Source of the DNA: a virus
Length of the DNA: 38,660 nucleotides
Reading direction: 5' to 3' (one strand)
IMG/VR virus record: IMGVR_UViG_3300028591_002545
Location: 1-38,660 of that record
The notes under the pieces were generated by a model. The model saw only the letters and a list, made by a program, of their open reading frames with translations. It was not told where the DNA came from and did not search any database. Positions within the stretch are counted from its first letter, which is position 1. Each line of letters starts with the position of its first letter. Below, piece by piece: positions 32,878 to 38,660 of the stretch. The translations under genes and the position numbers were made by a program.

Positions 32878-35800
32878 ATGCCGACACAAGGACAACAAGC
32901 AGTTGAAACAATCCTTAAACTCACGGTTGACTACGAGAAAGGCATCAAGGATGTTGGCTCGTACCTTGCAGAAATCAAGAAACTCAAGGACGAACAAACT
33001 GAATTGAATAAGGCATTCACCAAAGGCACTATTTCCGAGGAGCAGTATGGTGATGCTATGGCCAAGAATAAGACCGTCACAACGCAGTTGAACAGCGAGG
33101 TGAAGGTCTTGACCACCGAAATCAAGAAGAAGCTGGAGGCAGACCGAGCCGAGCAGAAGCAAATCGACATCAACACGGCCTCATACAACAAGCTGTCGCA
33201 GACCTACACGCAGATGAAGAAGAAAATCAACGAGATGGATGCGGCACAGCGACAGCAGAACAAGGCTTACATCGACCAGTCCAAGCAGGTCTATGAACGG
33301 ATGAAGCAGTTGCAAGCCGAGACTGGCAAGATGCAGTTGAATGTCGGCAACTACCAAGCCGCCATCACGCAAGCCATCACAGGCAACAGCAAATTCGCCT
33401 CATCGCTCATGGGCTTGAGTGGCGGAGCATCAACGGCAAGCGGAGCATTGGGTATCGTCAATGCCAATGCTATGGCTCTTGGCGAAACGCTGAAACTCTT
33501 GCTTGCCAACCCTGTATTCTTGGCCATTGCGGGCATTGCTGGTGTGGGTATGGCATATTCCTGGTGGAAGGACTACAACAATGGTCTTGCCGAGGCTTCA
33601 CGCTTGACGCAGCAGTTCACAGGGCTGACAGGACAGGCGATGGATGGTGTGCGCGATTCCATACAGGCAACGGCAGACGCATTCGGCAAGGACTTCAAGG
33701 AAACCTTGCAGACTGCCGACACACTCGTTTCCCAGTTCGGCATATCATGGCAAGAGTCCATCGACATCATCAACAAGGGCTTTGAGGCCGGTGCCGACAT
33801 CAACGGCGATTTTTTGTCGAAGGTGCAGCAGTTCGGCCCAACGCTGCGTGACGCTGGCCTCAGTGCCGAGGAACTTGTTGCAGTCATCCAGCAGACGAGA
33901 AGCGGCATATTCGGCAATGATGGACTGACGGCCATACAAAAGGCATCGAAGTCGTTGCGTGACATGAGCAACAGCACGGCAGATGCTTTGCGTGGCGTTG
34001 GCATCAATGCCGATGAACTGAAAACCAAGCTGGCAGACGGCACCATCACCATGATGCAGGCCATTCAACAGGTGACAGGTGCATTGAAGACCGTGAGTGG
34101 TAACAGCCAGGAAGCGGGTGCCGTCATCAGTGACGTGTTCGGCAAGAAAGGCGTTGCGGCTGGTCAACAGCAGTTGAAGGCCATCGAGGACTTGAACATG
34201 TCGCTTGACTCGCTGATCGAGAGCGAGGGCGAATATGGGCAGGTGCAACAGGAGATTGTCGAAACCCAGACGCTCATCAACAAATATACTGCCGCCTTGT
34301 TCGGCAGTGACGGTTGGGATGTTCTCAAAAAGAAGGCCGAACTGTATGCAAAACAGGCCTTGTTGGCCGTACTGAAGGGCATCGTGGCTATTGTCAACAA
34401 GACCATTGACTGGTACAATATGTCAACCAAGATGTTCAACGGCATCGTCATGACGATTTCTTTGGCCGTTGGAACTGCATGGAACGCCATACGCACGTTC
34501 TTCAAGCTGGTGGGTGACGGATTGAGCGGCTTGGGCAATTCCTTTAAAGGTTTCGGCACGATTATCGAGGGTGTTTTCACGCTGAACACCGACAAAATCA
34601 AATCGGGTTGGTCGGAGGTGACTGGTTCCTTGCGTGGTGCATGGCAGAGTGCCGTGATGGATGCAAAGGGTTTTGGTGCTGCAACCGCCAAGAGCTGGGC
34701 AAGCGGGTACAATGCCGTGATGGATGCAGAAGGTGTCGGCCACATATCCCTGCCAGGTAGTGACTATGGCGATGGGGGTAATACATCCTATTCGGGTGGC
34801 GGCTCGTCTTCATCATCAGGCCGTGCTGGGGGCAGTTCTTCCAAGTCATCAACGCCCACCAAGTCACAGGCAGAGAAAGCCGCCAAACAACAGGCCAAAG
34901 CCGTTGAAAAGGCCATGAAGTCCGAACTTGAGCAGTTGCAGATGCTCATCCAGTCAAGGCTGGCCATCGTCAAAAAAGGAACTTGGGATGAAACGCAGTT
35001 GAAACTCCAGCAGATTGAGAATGAGCGACAACTGGCCATTGAGAAACTGAACAAGGAGATGATAGATGAGGGAACCCGCCAAGAACTGCTGCTGAACCTT
35101 GAAAAGCAATACCAGCAGAAACGGCAGGACGTACTCACGCAAGCCAACGAGAACGAGCGCAAACGTCTTGAACAGGAATCGGCCAACATGTTCACCGAGC
35201 GGCTTATGGCCGCAGCCAACAACGAGCTGGAACAGGAACGCATCAAGCTGGAACAAGCGCAGATGTTGCGTGACAATGCCCGCCAAATGGAGGGTGAAAC
35301 CATCGAAGCGTGGAATGCCCGCAGGTTGCAGTTGGAGCAGAACTATCTTGACCAGAAACAGGAACTTGCCAACAAGGAGGTTGAAGTCGAACAGGCCAAA
35401 TATGAAGCCTACGCATCCATCGCTGGCGGCATCGGCAAGGTGTTTGAGGCATTAGGCAACGACAATGAGGAGTTTGCAAGGCTGTCAAAGATACTTGCAC
35501 TTGCCGAGATTGCCATCAACACAGGTAAGGCCATTGCCGCAGGTGTGGCACAGGCCCAAAGTGTTCCGTTCCCCGGCAACATTGCAGCCATTGCGACCAC
35601 CGTTGCAACCATCATGGCCAACATCGCAACGGCCATCTCAACCGTTAAATCGGCCAAGTTCGCCAAGGGTGGTCTTATTCTTGGCCCAGGCACGGGAACA
35701 AGCGACAGCATCACGGCGCAGGTTTCCAACGGCGAGAGCGTGATGACGGCCAATGCAACGGCCATGTTTTCACCGCTATTGTCTGCCATTAACCAGCTTG

Positions 35801-35976
35801 GCGGCGGCGTGCCAATCATCAGTCACGGAGGCGGCGCAACACAAGTCGGTGAGGATATGCTGGCGGCAGCTATCGCCAAAGGCTATGCAATGGCCCCGTC
35901 ACCAGTGGTGAGTGTGGAAGAAATCACTGACGTGACGAACCGTGTGCAGGTCATCGAAAACATGTCAAGGTCATGA
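32878..35976 (+). CDS. Tape measure protein
   Basis: 1032 aa with long coiled-coil tracts, two hydrophobic segments, a Gly/Ser linker, and the C-terminal GPGTGTSDSITAQVSNGESVMTA motif common in tape measure proteins. Confidence 0.75.
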   Translation: MPTQGQQAVETILKLTVDYEKGIKDVGSYLAEIKKLKDEQTELNKAFTKGTISEEQYGDAMAKNKTVTTQLNSEVKVLTTEIKKKLEADRAEQKQIDINTASYNKLSQTYTQMKKKINEMDAAQRQQNKAYIDQSKQVYERMKQLQAETGKMQLNVGNYQAAITQAITGNSKFASSLMGLSGGASTASGALGIVNANAMALGETLKLLLANPVFLAIAGIAGVGMAYSWWKDYNNGLAEASRLTQQFTGLTGQAMDGVRDSIQATADAFGKDFKETLQTADTLVSQFGISWQESIDIINKGFEAGADINGDFLSKVQQFGPTLRDAGLSAEELVAVIQQTRSGIFGNDGLTAIQKASKSLRDMSNSTADALRGVGINADELKTKLADGTITMMQAIQQVTGALKTVSGNSQEAGAVISDVFGKKGVAAGQQQLKAIEDLNMSLDSLIESEGEYGQVQQEIVETQTLINKYTAALFGSDGWDVLKKKAELYAKQALLAVLKGIVAIVNKTIDWYNMSTKMFNGIVMTISLAVGTAWNAIRTFFKLVGDGLSGLGNSFKGFGTIIEGVFTLNTDKIKSGWSEVTGSLRGAWQSAVMDAKGFGAATAKSWASGYNAVMDAEGVGHISLPGSDYGDGGNTSYSGGGSSSSSGRAGGSSSKSSTPTKSQAEKAAKQQAKAVEKAMKSELEQLQMLIQSRLAIVKKGTWDETQLKLQQIENERQLAIEKLNKEMIDEGTRQELLLNLEKQYQQKRQDVLTQANENERKRLEQESANMFTERLMAAANNELEQERIKLEQAQMLRDNARQMEGETIEAWNARRLQLEQNYLDQKQELANKEVEVEQAKYEAYASIAGGIGKVFEALGNDNEEFARLSKILALAEIAINTGKAIAAGVAQAQSVPFPGNIAAIATTVATIMANIATAISTVKSAKFAKGGLILGPGTGTSDSITAQVSNGESVMTANATAMFSPLLSAINQLGGGVPIISHGGGATQVGEDMLAAAIAKGYAMAPSPVVSVEEITDVTNRVQVIENMSRS

Positions 35977-36206
35977 CGCGCTTTGAACTGATAAAATCTG
36001 CCGAGTCCATTCTACGGATGTGTGACGCGGCTGGCATCGCACCGAGCGAGGCCAACTACATCGCAGCCTATGAGGATTGGTTGCGGCTTACGAAGGAAGG
36101 CCACAAGAAGGTGTGGATATTGGCATATCTATCGCAGCAGTACAATATCAGCGAGGCAACCATCAAACGCATCGCCCGAAAAATGGGCAAAAAGGTCAAG
36201 GCGTGA
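35973..36206 (+). CDS. Small HTH-like protein between the tape measure and head genes
   Basis: 77 aa. YNISEATIKRIARKMGKK resembles an HTH recognition helix. ATGA overlap with the tape measure stop. Confidence 0.5.
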   Translation: MTRFELIKSAESILRMCDAAGIAPSEANYIAAYEDWLRLTKEGHKKVWILAYLSQQYNISEATIKRIARKMGKKVKA

Positions 36207-36212
36207 CCTACA

Positions 36213-36250
36213 CGAAAGGCGAAAATTTTCGTTTTCCGCCTTTCGATTGA
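36213..36250 (+). terminator. Hairpin terminator
   Basis: CGAAAGGCG (36213-21) pairs with CGCCTTTCG (36237-45). An alternative pairing is GGCGAAAA/TTTTCCGCC followed by TTTCGATT. Confidence 0.55.
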
Positions 36251-36252
36251 AT

Positions 36253-36260
36253 TAACTTTG
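36253..36260 (+). promoter_or_regulatory. -7 box TAACTTTG for the head genes
   Basis: Exact TAnnTTTG match 20 nt before ATG 36280. Confidence 0.45.
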
Positions 36261-36279
36261 TCAAATCAAACGGAAAACT

Positions 36280-37470
36280 ATGGCAGTACTTAACATATAC
36301 AACGATATCCAGAGCGAACAAGAGAAGGCCGTGACCCGCATGTGGGGCATGGAGCCTGGTGTTTCGTTCCGTGACATCAACGAGTTCTGCGATTCTCTAC
36401 CAGCCGAAGACAAGAACATTGACGTGCATATCCACTGCAACGGCGGTGACGTGTTGGAAGGCTGGGCAATATATGACCGACTCCGTGCCACAGGCAAGGA
36501 CATCACCACCATTGTTGACGGAACTGCCGCATCAATGGCAACGGTGATACTCATGGCGGCACCCAAAGAGAGGCGAAAAGCCTATGCCAATGCCCAAATC
36601 CTCGTTCACAACCCGTGGCTTGACCCTGCATGGATCGGGAACTGCGGGATGGCCACAGCCGATGACCTTGAGAAAGCGGCTGCTGGTCTCAAGGAACAGC
36701 AAGACCGCATCCTTGACCTATATGTCGAGCGTTGCGGTTGTGACCGCGAGGAGATGGCGGCACTCATGGCCGAGGACAAGTTCATCAATGTGGAACGTGC
36801 AATGGAACTTGGCATGGTAGGAGAAATCATCGCACCAATATCAGCTAAAAGTGTAAATCATATGAACATCAAAGACAAAATCATCAACGCCATCAATAGC
36901 GTGTTCGGTACTGAAGAACAGGCACCCATGATGGCTATGGAACTGGCCACTGCCAGCGGTAACACCCTGCGCATCGAGCGTGAGGAAGGCACACCCGCTG
37001 TCGGTGACGTGGCAGAGCCTGACGGTGAATGGCTCATGCCCGACAACACCACCATCGTGGTAGAAAACGGTGTCATCACTGAAATCCGTCAAGCCGAGGA
37101 GCAGGTTGACGAGGCAGGTGATGGACAGGAAGGAGACGCAGCCGCAGAGGAAGAAGAACGTCACGATGACAACCTTGAACAAGAGAACGGCAGACTGAAA
37201 GAACGCATTGCCGAACTTGAGGCCGAGGTTGCCGAGTTGACGGAACTGCTGGAACAGGCCCGCTCCAATGCGCGAACCACCGATGACCTGCGCATCTTGA
37301 ACATGGTGACAATGGCTGGCGGCTATGAAAAAGTTGCCGCAAGCATCAAATCAACATACACGCCCGAAAAGCGTGAACCCGTGACATCTAAGGCTGAGGA
37401 GGCAACCCAACGCAACTACCTCAAAGATGCCATCGAGGAGGCCCGCAACAAAATCAAAAACAAAAAGTAA
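36280..37470 (+). CDS. ClpP-like (S14) head-maturation protease fused to an acidic coiled-coil scaffold-like C-terminus
   Basis: GGDVLEGWAIYD, GTAASMATVIL (Ser) and ILVHNP (His). The C-terminal ~190 aa are Glu/Asp-rich with heptad character. Confidence 0.85.
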   Translation: MAVLNIYNDIQSEQEKAVTRMWGMEPGVSFRDINEFCDSLPAEDKNIDVHIHCNGGDVLEGWAIYDRLRATGKDITTIVDGTAASMATVILMAAPKERRKAYANAQILVHNPWLDPAWIGNCGMATADDLEKAAAGLKEQQDRILDLYVERCGCDREEMAALMAEDKFINVERAMELGMVGEIIAPISAKSVNHMNIKDKIINAINSVFGTEEQAPMMAMELATASGNTLRIEREEGTPAVGDVAEPDGEWLMPDNTTIVVENGVITEIRQAEEQVDEAGDGQEGDAAAEEEERHDDNLEQENGRLKERIAELEAEVAELTELLEQARSNARTTDDLRILNMVTMAGGYEKVAASIKSTYTPEKREPVTSKAEEATQRNYLKDAIEEARNKIKNKK

Positions 37471-37493
37471 AACATAAAAACAGGAGAAAAACA

Positions 37494-38522
37494 ATGGCAA
37501 CTTTTCTTGAGAACCTTTTGATTCAGCCTGAGAACATCCGCGACTTGTCTCAGCTGATTAACATTGACACCCTGCGTGACGAGCGCATCCAGGACTATGT
37601 GCGTGTCGTTCGCGCCAAGAACGGTGACCCTGTCGGCCTCATCGGCAAGGGTAATCCTATCGGCACCACCGGCTGTGGCTGCGATCCCGAATACGGAAGT
37701 CTGGCTCCCTTCAACGCCCTCAAGCGTTGGGAACTTGGTTGTTGGGTAGCACCGTTGAAGATTTGCTACACCGATATGGAAGGCACCATCGCCGAGTATG
37801 CGTTGAAGAACGGCACCGCTATCGGTGACCTCAACGGCACACAGGTAATGAGTGAGGTTATCTACCCCATCATCAACGACCTGCTTGTTGACCTCATCTG
37901 GCGCATTGCTTGGTTCGGTGACACCGAAGCCGAGAACATCAGTGACGGTGGTTCTATCACCAACGGCGTTGACACTGACCTCATCACCGTTGCTGACGGC
38001 CTCTGGAAGCGCATCTTTGCGCAGGTGGCTATCAACGGCGCACAGCGCACTGCCATCACCACCAACACCAAGGCAGCCATGAACGCACAGGGTGCGGCCA
38101 CCGCACTCATCGACCAGATGCTCATTGATGCTGGCCCCGAAATCATGGCCAAGTCGGGCAAGGTCATCTACATGACACAGGCAATGGCCACTGCATTTGA
38201 CCTTGACCTGCGCAAGACCAACTGCTGCAACCTGCCTTGGGAGCAGATTGTTGACGGCATCACCACCACCACCTACAACGGCATCCGCTATGTCGCTGTT
38301 GCCAAGTGGGACGAGCTGATTGCTACCTTCGAGAACGGCGCAATGCCTTATCGTGCTATCCTCACCACCCGTGACAACCTGCTGGTCGGCACTCCCGCTG
38401 GTGAGTTCGTGAACGACTTCGACTTCTACTTTGACCGCATCAGCCGTAACTTCTACGTCTACGGCACGGGCAAGCTGGGCACCATGTTGATGGAGGACAA
38501 GGCATTCCAGGCCGCTTATTAA
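37494..38522 (+). CDS. Major capsid protein
   Basis: 342-aa ORF immediately after the protease-scaffold gene, preceded by CAGGAG. Assignment is positional. Confidence 0.75.
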   Translation: MATFLENLLIQPENIRDLSQLINIDTLRDERIQDYVRVVRAKNGDPVGLIGKGNPIGTTGCGCDPEYGSLAPFNALKRWELGCWVAPLKICYTDMEGTIAEYALKNGTAIGDLNGTQVMSEVIYPIINDLLVDLIWRIAWFGDTEAENISDGGSITNGVDTDLITVADGLWKRIFAQVAINGAQRTAITTNTKAAMNAQGAATALIDQMLIDAGPEIMAKSGKVIYMTQAMATAFDLDLRKTNCCNLPWEQIVDGITTTTYNGIRYVAVAKWDELIATFENGAMPYRAILTTRDNLLVGTPAGEFVNDFDFYFDRISRNFYVYGTGKLGTMLMEDKAFQAAY

Positions 38523-38551
38523 TCACCCATCAAAAGAAAGGAGATTAAGAA

Positions 38552-38660
38552 ATGGCTAATTTATGTGAATCCCTTATCAGCAAGGCGATTGATTTCGATT
38601 GTGACGAGTTGATTACCCGTGGCCTTGAGAGTGACGGCATCATCATCAACCGCAGTGACA
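38552..38660 (+). CDS. 5' part of the gene that continues at 3-587
   Basis: ATG 38552 is preceded by AAAGGAG. MANLCESLISKAIDFDCDELITRGLESDGIIINRSD runs to the window end inside the terminal repeat. Confidence 0.6.
   Translation, partial: MANLCESLISKAIDFDCDELITRGLESDGIIINRSD
38556..38660. repeat. Terminal direct repeat identical to 1-105
   Basis: Base-by-base identity with the window start. Confidence 0.97.

Noticed and set aside
1-38660. Stop-codon reassignment (as in some gut Bacteroidota phages)
   Set aside because: All large genes (fibre, M14 protein, tape measure, terL, capsid) are uninterrupted in the standard code.

Overview
The window is a complete tailed-phage genome closed on itself. 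Bases 1-105 are identical to 38556-38660, so the unit length is 38,555 bp, and the gene starting at ATG 38552 continues in frame at base 3. Nearly all genes are on the + strand and tightly packed, often with ATGA/TAATG stop-start overlaps. Module order: (1) virion and fibre block, 3-8153: possible tube protein, possible portal, collagen-like fibre, M14-peptidase tail protein. (2) Lysis block, 8156-11064: membrane protein, holin-like protein, FGE-sulfatase/C-type-lectin-fold protein, M15 endolysin, a 36-aa TM micro-ORF, a membrane-anchored protein. (3) A two-gene moron with its own promoter and terminator, 11377-12156. (4) Lysogeny block: attP-like region, tyrosine integrase 12583-13647, and on the minus strand an S24/LexA-like CI repressor plus a second HTH protein. 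(5) Early/replication block, 14824-22255: Cro-like protein, excisionase-like HTH, a Gly-(Asn/Tyr/Asp) repeat protein, RecA-like ATPase, RecB-like nuclease, SSB, an initiator with an internal iteron origin, a secreted dockerin protein. (6) A 747-nt protein-free, hairpin-dense region, 22256-23002. (7) A middle operon: Zn-ribbon, wHTH, PP-loop/PAPS-reductase-like, RuvC-like. (8) ParB-methyltransferase, terminase small and large subunits, tail/baseplate-like proteins, tape measure, ClpP-like protease-scaffold fusion and major capsid protein. The integrase type, the HTH_17-like protein and recurrent TAnnTTTG -7 boxes suggest a Bacteroidota host; this is inference, with no search run. The best candidate for something undescribed is the 22387-22975 locus. 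It is a chain of about 14 helices, including two copies of a three-hairpin module with fully compensated stem changes. It is bracketed by 10-nt direct repeats whose third, inverted copy sits in the integrase-proximal attP-like region with chimeric flanks. All product names come from motifs read by eye and from gene order.
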